This document shows positions 49,029-61,000 of a stretch of DNA of 64,000 bases, piece by piece. The position numbers were made by a program, and so were the translations under genes. The stretch is from assembly GCA_905178155.1 (NCBI GenBank), contig CAJINV010000012.1, positions 3,281,144 to 3,345,143 on the forward strand. The letters run 5' to 3'. The notes below the pieces were generated by a model. It was not told the origin of the DNA. It was given only the letters and a program-made list of their open reading frames with translations, and did not search any database. Positions within the stretch are counted from its first letter, which is position 1, and every line of letters starts with the position of its first letter. This DNA is from Amoebophrya sp. A120 (taxonomy: Eukaryota; Protista; Dinoflagellata).

Positions 49029-50008
49029 GTTTAAATATAGAGCACTTCCGATGTCTTGAGAAGGTTTTCTGCTCGGTCGCCTAAATACTAAATAATGCGA
49101 TCGGGAACAACTAAAATGCTTCGAGTTCGACTTCTGGAACAGTTTCTACACAAAGATACCACTACACGTACACGACTATGGGCTCTTTTGGTTTACATTT
49201 TCAACATGGTACTGATATTTTTGCGATCTTTTCTTGCATTTCAAAACCGGTAATTCGAATTGCACTTCATTACGAAAGAGACACTAACTGCGAAGAAATA
49301 CATGTTTTGTAGCTTCTGCGAGCCTGTGCGGTGATGTACCTAAGCTGGTCCGGAATAACATAAAACCTTCAGTCCTTGTGTTGATCAAACACCAAACACA
49401 GCGTTTTTTGTTTCCGGAAAATGATGACAGTGCGATGAAGAAAATAGGAAGATCCTGAATTTTTGACGCCATGCCCAGGCATGGAAAGAAAGAAAGAAGA
49501 TCCTGACATAGATCATTGACAATCGCGGAGATTCTGATCATAAGTGCTAAATAAGTTCTCTGTCCCGCGTGGTGCTGGTACAGCACACGTTCCTAGCAGC
49601 CCCACAGCATGATCAGGCTTTAGTAGGGGGAAAAAGATCACCTCGATAGGTAAATCTTCAATATGTTGCACGGAAAGGCGAGAGGATCGTGGCTCCTTCT
49701 AGGATGAAATGAGATCAATGTTTATAAAGAACTCATCGGACCACTTCTTGTTCCACTTCTGCGAATTAACTCATAGCCGACAGTTTTGGCAAACTATCTA
49801 GTAGTATCCAACAGTTTTGGCAATCACTGCTAGTCTATCAGCTCTGTTTTTTTGAGATTTTTTTTTTATCATCGTCCTTCAAGGAGTCTTTCTGTTTTCA
49901 AAAATATCACTAGTCTACTTAAAAAACCTAAGCAGAATCATCAAAAATTTCTCTTGATTTAGTACTGAAGTTTATACTAAAACCACTGAAGATAGCTGCA
50001 ACTACAAG

Positions 50009-52450
50009 ATGGACTCTCACAACCCAACCTCTTTCGCCGACCACGGTTTGACTTTCCAAAATGTCACGTACTCGGTCTCCCCGGAAAAAACCATCTTGCG
50101 TGACTGCTTCGGGCGGTTTCGCCCGGGCGAGGTCTGCGCCATCATGGGAGAATCGGGGTCGGGGAAATCCACGCTGTTGAACCTTTTGTCAGCCCGGATG
50201 AAGTGGAGCGGACGTTTGTCGAAGAAGGCGGATATTCACGCTGCGCCGCAGTTGTGTGCACGAGGAAGTATTGACTCGACGCCAAAGCCGTTTCCGCACG
50301 GAGATATTGCAAGTGCAGACGCGAAGCTTGCCGATGTTGAGCGGGACGATCAAGTCGAAGCAGGAGGTGATGACACGCATCTTTTGTTACCTGCTGCTGC
50401 TCAACGAGAGGCAGGACAACAGCTACAGCCTTTCGACCCGATTTCTCCCCGGGACCACAAGTTCACGAAGCTTTTCGGTGATTTGCAGGATGAGGTTGCG
50501 TATGTCTTTCAGGATGACCAACTTCTCGCCACCGAAACCGTTTTCGAAACCGTGATGTTCTCTGCCCAACTGTATCAAATGCAAAAATGTTTGGGTCCGG
50601 AAGGTTACCAGGTTTGTCATGCATATTTTACATGATTCGGGATGTCTGTAATGCATGATCTGGCATCACATATTTTTAGAGGCCTTCCTGATGCGTATCC
50701 CGCATGACAAATGCCCTCCCCGCGTAGCACAAAGTGGGCTCCTATTGCTGGTCATGCAATACAGATTTTTTTAGAGTCCAAAGTTAGCATCACAAGTTGC
50801 ATTCTTCCAGACCCAGACACTTTTGCAGTTGATAAACTGCGCCGCCCGGATTTGAGCAAAGAGGAACGGCTGGAAAAGGTGAACGAATTATTGGAAGTGC
50901 TCGGCCTGACCGCCTGCAAAGACGTGAAGATCGGCAGCGCGCTCTCCAAGGGCATCAGCGGCGGGCAGCGGAAGCGCACTTCCGTTGCGGTGGAGCTGGT
51001 GATGGAGCCGAAAATTCTGTTTTTGGACGAACCGACGTCTGGGCTGGACAATCCTTCCGCGGAACGGTTGACCGCGTTCTTGCAGCACTACGCAAAGGAG
51101 AAAAACGCGACCGTGGTGTGTACCATCCACCAACCGTCGGAGTACGTTTTGCAGCAGTTCGACCGGGTTTTGGTGTTGCAGAAGGGAAAGACGGCGATTT
51201 TTGGCACGCCGAAACAGAAAGCCTGCTTCTCCTTCGCCGAGGATCAAACGGGACAAATGGAGACGGAAACTTCCATCACGCAAATCATGGAAGCTGCGGG
51301 CCGGAAAATGCCAATGGAGTACGGGTCTATGCTCGGGCAGTGGCTCTCGAAAGTGATGGCGGAAATGACAGAGGACGAGATGGGAGTGATGCAACAGAAA
51401 TCCAAGGAAAGCTTCCAGCGGTTGTGTACCGCGGAAGTGATGGCTCGTGCATCTACTACTGAAGTAGATCCGAACGACACGTCGGCGAAAACAAAATCCA
51501 AATCGATCAAGAGCAAAGACCTCGGTCGCGCCAACCTGTTTGTCCAGTTGGGCTCTTTGATCGCCCGCGATTTCCGTAAATTGTACCGAGATTACAGTAC
51601 TTTGGGTCTCTCCGTCGGGTCCGCGGTGTTTATGCCGATTTTGACGTTGATGTTCTGGTGGGCGTTCCGCACCTCGCAATTGGAGGAAGACCAGGACTTC
51701 CAGACTTTTTCCGGTTACACGGACTTTGTCGCGGGCAGGACGTCGCTGCTCATCCTTGTGAATTTGTCCATCGGGTTCCTGAACGCCATGCCGGTCGTTG
51801 CCACCTTTCCGACGGAGCGCCCGATTTTCCTGCGCGAGTACAGTTCCAAGAGCTACAACGTTTTCAGCTACTTTTTTTCCAAACTGGTAATTGAGATTAT
51901 CCCTTTGGTGGTGTCGGTGTTGATTGTTCTGTCTTTGACAAAACTTTCCCTGGGTTTGTACGCGAACTTCGGATTAGTCTTCGTTGCCTCCAGTACCTTA
52001 GCCGTGACCACCAGCAGTCTGGCCTTACTGGTCAGTTCCTGTACCAGCACGGTGACCGAGGCGATTCAACTCTTGGCTTTGTTGGTCACCTTGCAGTTCA
52101 TGTCCTCCGGCGCGTTCTTTGCGGTGAAGTACATTCCGGTCGGGGTTTACGGCATGCGGTACTTGTTTGGCGTCAAATTCGCCTCGAACATCAGTCTGCG
52201 GAGCGAGTTTAAGCAACTGAGTGAAGAGAAGTTTTTGGATTTCGGCCCGCAGAACGCGATGATCGGGCTGCCGGGAAATTCCACCGCTTTGCTCGAACAA
52301 ATCCATGACGAGCAGGACATTATGATGCCGGGGGCCAACCCGCAAGCCACGGATGCAATCGACTTTGCGTATCTACTGATGCCGTTTTTTCTCTACCGCT
52401 CGCTGGCGGTGCTGATTTTGCACCTGCGCAGTCGCTACGCGGTCAAGTAA
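50009..52450 (+). CDS. ABC transporter, ABCG/White-family half transporter
   Basis: Walker A GESGSGKST, signature ISGGQRKR, Walker B ILFLDEPTSGLD, CTIHQPS, ERPIFLRE and C-terminal TM helices; one introner. Confidence 0.93.
50573..50834. mobile_element. Introner element, family A
   Basis: Family A TIR; TSD AACTG; joins FSAQL-RRPD. Confidence 0.95.
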
Positions 52451-54140
52451 GTAGGCCGGGGGCGCGGGGTTTAAGCTTGGAGAACGTCATTGTTGCGGGA
52501 CACAAATGACAGTCATACAGAGTTGAAGACGCAGTTATAACTTGTACGATGATAGACACATTGACATTCACGAGCTCTTTCTTTAACTACAGTATACTTT
52601 TTACCAGGGCAGTACATGTATGATTTTGAAACGAGACTCTGCTCGTGACTCGCTAGTAAATTAAGTAAGAAGATAAAGATTATTTTGATGAACGGGTAAG
52701 TGATAGCCCACATTGCACAAGAAAAGGACCTAAGGCAGAAGAGCAAAGCCAAAGCAGCTCTCCCAAGTAGTGCTTTTTGTTGAAATACCGCTAACCATGT
52801 GAGAAGAAAGAGCAACTTGCAACAAAACAAACAAAACATATGAAGAAAAGGATCGGAAACAAATCCAGAGAAGTGCAAGCAATGATCTAAATCTGAGATG
52901 AAAACTTGAACAAGACGAAAAGGAACAGCGCATGGATGTCCTTGTTTTACTCACACACAGACAGAGACGCTAGTACGACATTTTGGTCCGTCTACTACGT
53001 GCTTTGTTGACGTTTTGTTAGGAATGAGGCTGTGGCTCGTCATCTTCTATACTATGCTTCTGTGCGTCTGCTATTTGCTGTAGAGTTCTAGTAGTAGTCT
53101 CCTTTGTGCTAGCTGCGTGAGCAAGCTCAAGTGAACACAAAGAATAGGCACTACTTGTACTCGTTTGCTTCGTGCACGCCGCACCTCAATTTGTTAGGAA
53201 TGAGGCAGATACTAGATTGCTGCCCTGTAGCTGCTCTTAAACCGTTAAACATGGTGTATAATGAACAGAGTTTTTATGCCATAGGTGCGCTTCTATTTCT
53301 TAAAGAAATAAAGGAGTTTATCCTTATCTGGAAAAAACAGAAATCTCGTAAGTCGACTGGACACGGGGATTGGTTCGGCGAACTCATTGGAAGCAGCACG
53401 CCGGCGGTAGTTTTACGACTGTTCACAACAGCCGGAGCTGTCGCTTTCTTGTACTTTCCAGCGGATGCTTTTTTCCAATGGCTTGTAGTAGATCGGGATG
53501 TTTAGAATATGGTACCGGTGGATGCATCTTCACTCTCTGAAGATTCAGAGCCAAAATAAAGATAAAGTCTACTGATCATCTGAAATAGCTGTAAGCACCA
53601 GCAGTAACAAACACACAGACGATCAACCCGTATATCTAAAGTCACTTTAACAAAGGACGACTTTGACTTATTTCTCACTACTCAAGATAGAACGACCATC
53701 CTGATATTCTGTCAGGATGTTGTACCGGAGCGATGTGCTGACAAGATATGAGAGTGTGCAGCTGCACGAGGTACTACGAGACGAACACTGACAAAATTAT
53801 CATCTTTTCCTTCCATAAATAGAACTCCAGTCTGGAACGATAGAGGACGAGAGACGAGGGCTCATGCCTTGACTGTTTTTTGAAATAAAACAACACAAAT
53901 GAAAATCCGTAGAATTATTCATTGCTCTAGGTATAATATAGGTAAAAAAGACTCGAAGAACCTAGTAGAGTGGTGGCAGAGAGAGACGACCATTCTTGTG
54001 ACCGAAGGAGGGTTGTTCCCTTCGTTTTTATAGCACTGTGATAAATAATTCTCACAGCATTTGGTGCCATCTCCTTGTCGAGATGATGGAACAATATTGA
54101 GGCGAAATACAGCATTTTATACTCGTCGCAAGAAAAAAAA

Positions 54141-56519
54141 ATGCCACCCCGCGCCGGCAGTCAGCAGCAGCCGAGCAGGGCCTCAGCTTCGACGGCTATG
54201 AAGAAGACGACCGCGACAGCCAGCCCCGGAAAAAAGAAGCAGCAAGTTGTACTAGCTGCGGGGAAGAAACAATCCGCAGCGAAGTCTTCTTCGAATATTA
54301 AGGCGCGTAGTTTCTTGAAAAAACCGGCTTTTGCGATGAAAACTGGCACTGGAGGGGCAACGAAGAAGGCGAATGATAAGAAGAATAAAACCAGTGGGAA
54401 AAGCAAATCATCTACCGCTGCGAAGAAGAAGAAGACCAAGAAATCCCCGGTCGCAAATAGCGGTGGTCGACAAAAAAGGTTGTCAGCCTACTTCGGATAT
54501 GAAATGCAAAAATGTCTGGGTCTGGAAGAATGCAGCTTGTGATGCTGCATTTGGACTCCAAAAAAATCTGTATTGCATGAGCAGCAAAGGGAGCGCATTT
54601 TTTGCTACGCGGAGAGGGCGTTTGTCATGTCGTATAGGCATCAAGAAGCTTTCAAAAAATCTGTAATGCTAGGGCATGCATCACAGACATCAGGGCTCAT
54701 GCAACACGTGCATGACAAGTGTCAGAATCTTCCAGACCCAGACATTTTTGCAGTTGATATCGGAGCTGCAGGTTCGAACGACACACAAGATGAACGACGA
54801 AAGAAGCAGCAGTCATCAAGTGGAAAAATGATGAAAAAGACGACCACAATGGGAGGTGATGACAAACCCGATATCGAGATGAAGGACGTCGCAAATAACG
54901 GCCCGTCCCCGTCTTCCTCCAGATCCTCCATGTCCTCCTCCTCCGGCTCGGTTGCAGCTTCCTCGACCAGCGATTCCATTTTTGACCAGTCAAGAAATCC
55001 AGCGAAAACAAATATGCCAGATCTGATGTTCCCAGCGACTACGGCGGCGGCCAACGGGACAACTGGAGGCGCAGGACCATCCTCCTCCGGCAGCGCGAGC
55101 ACCAGCAGCAAACTTTTGTCGCTGAACAATCTGAACAGTAGTTCCTCGTCCACAGCAGGTTTCGGTTTATTACCCCCAGCCTTCTCCCCCTCTACCTCAT
55201 CAAGTGCTGCTAAAAAGAATAACGCCTTTCTCGCCAACCAGGCTTCCTCCATCGCGATGGAACTGCAGGAACAGAACCAGAAGGAAAACAACAATCAAAC
55301 CACCAAATCTACTTCCCTATCTCCCGCAAATAAGAAGACAATTCTGAAAGCCCGCACGGCCTACACCTGGTTTTGTAAACTGAACAAGGACTTCTTCGCG
55401 GAAAAGTACAAGCAGAACAAAGGGATAGACCCCCCGGTTGACCTTCTGGCGAAGGCACTGGAGGCGAAGTGGGACAAGATGATGAACAAGGAGGCGAAGA
55501 AGGTGTATGAGAATCATGAGAAGTTGGACGAGATAAGATACAAGTTTGAAAAACGAGACTTCAACGAAAGGGACGTGTATAACCTTTTGAAAATCGCCGC
55601 GGAGGACTGCGGAAACATCGAGTTGACCCGGGAATTCCTCAACTCCGTCCGGTCGCTAGAAAATATCAATGCGACCTCGGAGGACTGCAGACAAAGCATC
55701 GCAATTCGAGTTGGGAAGCAGGTGGCGAAGCAGGGTGGCAGTTTTCCAAGTCCATCGAGCAGCAATTGGCGAAAAATTCTCGCGCAATGGAATATCGATT
55801 TGGATGATCCGGCGAGTGGCGAGTTTTTACATCAGAATAACAACAAAAACTCCACATCATCTTCCAGCAAAACGGTGGAATTTGAAGTGTGGAAGCCGCA
55901 GGGCGAGCAGCCAAGGTCTACGCAGGAGTACCGGATGACAATCGCGGAGAAGCTACTGGCCATTTTCAACGACGATAGGAAAATCAGCCGCGACGTCGAG
56001 CAGGCGCTGTTTCAGCAGCATTTGGGGGTATAGATTGTTTTTTTTTTTTTTGTATATCATGTAAATGATTTTTTTCGTTCTGATCATGGGAGTGTCATCG
56101 ATTTTTCATGCTCGTCCAATGCCTGTGCATCGGAAGAGAAATGGAATTTCCGATGCAATCATATCCGCATGTATGATCACACAAGAACGCAACTTCCTCT
56201 TTATCAGGACATGAAGGAATACGCGGCTTCTGGTCGTTCCTTACTCTACAACCTCCGGCACAACGAGGACTTGCGCAGTCGGGTGTTGAAGAAGGAGTTG
56301 AAACCGACGCAATTGGTGAAACTGAGTCCACGCGATCTCGCAACGGACGAGCAGAAAAAGCAGCGCGAGGAGTTGGAGGCAAAGTCGCTGAAGAATTCCG
56401 TCACCGCCTCCCTGCCAAAGACGAAACAGGAACTGTACCAGCAACAGCGGGAGGAAAGAGGCGGAGTCGCTAGGATGGATTTGTCGTCCCAAAAGGAAAC
56501 CCAGTCGCAGGGGTATTGA
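54141..56519 (+). CDS. HMG-box plus TFIIS central-domain protein
   Basis: KARTAYTWFCK..LEAKWDKM..KKVYE..DEIRY (HMG-like); after a GT-AG intron, EYAASGRSLLYNLRHNEDLRSRVLKKELKPTQLVKLSPRDLATDE (TFIIS domain II-like). Confidence 0.75.
54498..54759. mobile_element. Introner element, family A
   Basis: Family A TIR; TSD TCGGA. Confidence 0.95.
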
Positions 56520-58025
56520 TAGGAGGCTTATAGAAGAAATTTCCGCGGATTCCACTTCGTATCTATACCTTGGCGCTGTACGTCTGTTGTTTTTTTCAAG
56601 AAAAATAAAAGAAGCTGCGTTGATGTTGATCTATCATCGTGATTGGTATAGAAAAGCGACTGCTCCTTCTACTTCGGACTGCTTGAGAAGAACTAAAATC
56701 AGTATCATTTTCCGACAATTTGATTTCAGCGCAGAAAAAATCATTGACGTTTTATCTGGAAGATTTTTAGGTCTCGTATTACCATAATTTCTTTGTTTCG
56801 AAATCGGTAGCGTAGTTAGTTGTAGTTAATTGGAGAATCTGAATCTCTCTACTACAAGCAACTCATGTTCTGTCATGTTGTCGTAAAAGTAAAACCGCAC
56901 AGAGTTTTACCAGACAGCCACATGATTCCGGGTCTGGTAGAATTCGGTGTCGTCAGAAACACGCACGGTTCTGTTGTTCCCGAAGAAAGCGATCAGCTAG
57001 AATTATGAAGGTACTACTCAGAAATAATCGGCTACGGCTCTACAACAAGCATATAGCGTGTTCGAGGACATCAAACCTCTCGATGGCATAAGTCGTGATT
57101 CGGTAGTCCTACTGTCTTGCAGATTAAGTATCAACGTCGGTCCATCTTCCGTGATGTCCTAGCAGAGCTAGATGCAAGATAGAAGTTTCCGCGGATTCGA
57201 CACATTCGTTGAGAATTATCGGTCAATATGTCTGCAGCACTTTCTGCATCAAGTAGTTGAGGGTTAGGTAGTAGTACAGTAAGAAAGTTCGCAATATCGG
57301 CACCAGAGAGAGAGCTAGTAGAGAAGCAGCCATGGGAGGCGGAGGACGAGGAGAATGAAGATTTTAAGGTTTGATGCCTCGTGAAAGTATAATTCGTCGT
57401 GTCGTGTTTCTCGAACTCGTTTTCATTCACCCATCTTGACTACGAGAACCATCCATCATCACAAAAAAACATCCAACCGCAAGAAAATAGTCGTGCTTTT
57501 TTTCCCCACACCGCACTACCCCATGATAGATGATGGAGCCATGCTATTTCTATCGACATATGAGGAATTATCCCCGTCACGTGGACTACCCATAATTTTG
57601 TCTTTCTGATACCATTGCAAAAGCAATTGTAGTGATAGATTTTGAGCTGAGCTTTCTCTATTCATTTCTGTGATCGAATTAATATTTTTGAACCCTACAC
57701 TTTCTCGTCACCTATCATTTTTAGCCGAGCTAGGTATGAAGAGCTGGAGCATCATCTGTGAAGACGCTTCGGCTTTATAGTTCTAAAACTTCTCACTTTC
57801 AAGAAATTTTGCGTAATGTCTGAAAGTTCTACCCCCCGCTGGAAGATGGTATTATTGAAGAGCTAGAGCTACTCCTCGTTACGACTTCTGCAGCACCCAA
57901 GGCACTTCATCTACATTTCTGCGATTTTCCAAATAACATTTCCAAAGAAGAGCACTCCTCTCATCTACCGCGACCTTTTTACTATCCCAAAATCCTAAAA
58001 CCTCCTTGCCGACTAAAGCTGCGCC

Positions 58026-61000
58026 ATGGGTGCAGGTTCTTCTTTCGCGCCGCAGACTTCGTACTGCCATGCCTGCGGTTTCCGGCAAACAACCATCGGC
58101 GGCACGTTGAACGAGTGCCAGCATTGTGGAGCGGTGGACACCTTGGAAACCAGGCCGATGTTCACGGAGATTTTGGAGCAAGGGGCAGATGGCGCGGTGA
58201 ATAGAGTAGATGGCGGGGGAACACAAGATGGACCACAAACACGGACGGGCAATGCCGCCGGGAGCGACACCACAACCACTGGTGGAACCAGCCGAAGTCC
58301 AGTCAGAACCAGAAGGAGGAGCAGCACGACAAGGAGCGAGGGAGGAGACAGGGTAAATTACGTTTCCCATTTTCATCTGCTTTCATTTTTGATGTGTGAC
58401 ACAAAATGACACGGGCGCTGAAGATGCCTCCTGTGCCTCGGATAGTACTCTTCTCGTTCTGGATGCAAAAACCACCCAAAAAACGACCAACAGCCTACTC
58501 CCACCGCTGGTGGCCCAAGAAACACAACTACGTCCGACAATTCCGCCACTCTCGGCAGCCAGGACCATTCCGCTTCGGAACAGGAGTCTTCCGGCGAGGA
58601 AGCGCATGTGGATCTTTTGTGGAAAAACCTGCACCGCATTCCGGGCGTGACCGCGACTGGAGATTGCAGCATTTGCTGTACCGAGCTCGCTGTGGATGAT
58701 GATGAAGAAATGAAGAAGAAAGCGTTGGAGCAAGCCGGAGGGGTAGTACAACTGGATGAATCAGGAGACGAAAAAAATAAAAACCTCTTTAAAATCGACG
58801 GCCCCTTCCGCGGTTTCCACTCGCCCTACCCCTTCCGTTGCGACTGGTTTTTCTACCGCGAGAACGCGTTCATGCACCCGAGTCGGGCGGCGGAGGAGAA
58901 TTATTGCATACCCGTGTCGGATATCAACTGTAAAAATGTGTGGGTCTGGACGGATGTAACCTGTGTTGCGCATTTCAGAACACACAAAAATCTCCCATGC
59001 ATAGGTAGCAAAAGCTGCTCACTTTCTGTCACCAAAGTGGGGGATTTGTCATGCGGGTTCGGCATCGCGGAAGCTTCTCGAAACCTGTGATGCTAGAGCT
59101 TCCATGCCAGACCTTCTGCGTCATGCAGAAACAGCATCACTCTTCCAGACCCAGACATTTTTGCATTTGATATCGGAGTATCGGGACGGGAGATTTGTCA
59201 ACTACGACGAAAAGACCGCAATCACCCCCTGCGCTTTGAAGTCCGCGGAAATCGCCGCGAAGCCCTACACGGTGATAAAACTCCCCTGCGGCCACCAATT
59301 CCATGAGGAGTGCTACTCGTCTTGGTTTTTCTCGGCGTCCAATTACAAGAAAACCTGCCCCACCTGCAGGTCCGCACTGCGGCCGAACGCGCGGCCGCCA
59401 GATATGGCGTTCTCAAATGTTACATTCTCAGCTGTTACATGATTTGTCATGCAAAAACACTATCACTCTTAACACGATCAAGCCTTCTCCGCATAACAAC
59501 TTCTCGACGCGCTAGGTAGCATTATACTCTGCTCCAAACCTGTAATGCAAAAGGCGCAACGTTTTCCCTTTCACTTTTGCCATTCTTGCATACAAATTTC
59601 ATGTAACAGTTGAAAATGTAACGTTTGAGAACGCCATACCAGAGGAACGCCAAGCGGCGCGGAACGCGGCAAACGGGATAAGTACCGGGACGGACAACGA
59701 GCCCCACGCGTTTCTCCGGGCGGCGCGGGAGTTTTTCGAAACTTTCAACCAAGCGACCCGAGCGGCGCACAGTTCGCTGCTGCGTGTGTTCGAGGCGCAG
59801 CGGGAACGGCATGCGCGGGAGCTGGAGGAGCGGAACAGGGGGAACAGTGAGGAATCGAGTGGGATTGACGAGGCGAATTTGGTGGTCAGTTCGGAGAGAA
59901 CCAGGATGAACAGAAGTGGTGGTGATGAAGGTGAAACCGACAACAATTTGAATTCTACGAGGAGGGGACACCAGCCGTACACAGTCCTGCAGCCACCTCG
60001 AAACAACAGCAGCTCGGCGAACCAACCGACGCGAGGAGAAACCCAGGCTGCCAGGCAAAATAGCGCGATCAGCCAGCACATTCAGATCATGCCGTTTCTG
60101 GAGCAGCAGCCCCAAGAAGGAGGTGCTAATTCGGACACGACCGTTTATCCTTTCGGGGATGGAGAAGAGCAAGATGGTAGCGTCAGCAACTCCAGCAGCC
60201 GAGCGACGCCAAATAACAGTGTCGGAGGTTCTTCTTTCTTCGGTGCTGCTACATCGGGACCAAGACAAGCCAACTCTAGTACCTCGAACAGCAACAGCAA
60301 CACAAGTACGACATCTACAAATAATCGGCGCACGCGCACATCGCACCAAATCCGGTTAACACCGCTACGATCCGAGGACCTGCCGGAGGGAAGAGGGACG
60401 GCGTTCTACTTCGAGCTAATCGAGCAGGAGGAGGAGGACGTGGATGAGGATACGGCGACTGCGGCGGAGCAAGACGGTATAATTACTCAACCACGGGTCG
60501 AAAATCCGTGGATTCGCGGTGGCGGCGGTGTGGTTCCTAGTACAACTTCTGCGCGAAATTCATCTAGAGCGACGAGTACGAGGAATAGTGTAGATAGGGG
60601 AAGTGAAGAGAGCAATGCCGCTACAACAGCTTCCACCGTAGCTAGCGCAGGTCTGACCGCGACGACAATAGGGGCGCCAGAGGTTGATGTTGAAGACGGA
60701 CGACGGTCAGCAACAGCATCGTCTTCAAGTCCGACGAACAAGAAGGCACCCCGAGCTGGTGCTGAAGCTGCGGGTGCAACGTCTACTCCGAAAGGACGGG
60801 AGAAAGAGCGCGTCGGTGGAGAGTTGATGCAGGAGAAAAGTTCAAAGAAAAGGAAAACTACACCTACTCGCTACAGTGCCGACCATGCGGCAGCAGCAAA
60901 GAAGGGAAGAGATATACGAAAACGCACTATCGGTATAAACAGCGACTCGGACGACGAGAATGACGCTGCGCTACAGGCCTTCCTCGGAGTCGGGGGTAAC

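Noticed and set aside
53131-53505. 124-aa ORF as a gene
   Set aside because: Non-ATG start, AT-rich intergenic composition, no motif.
493-59172. Recurring ORF peptides [28 protein letters not shown] as a repeated protein domain
   Set aside because: They are different-frame translations of the family A TIR, not coding sequence.
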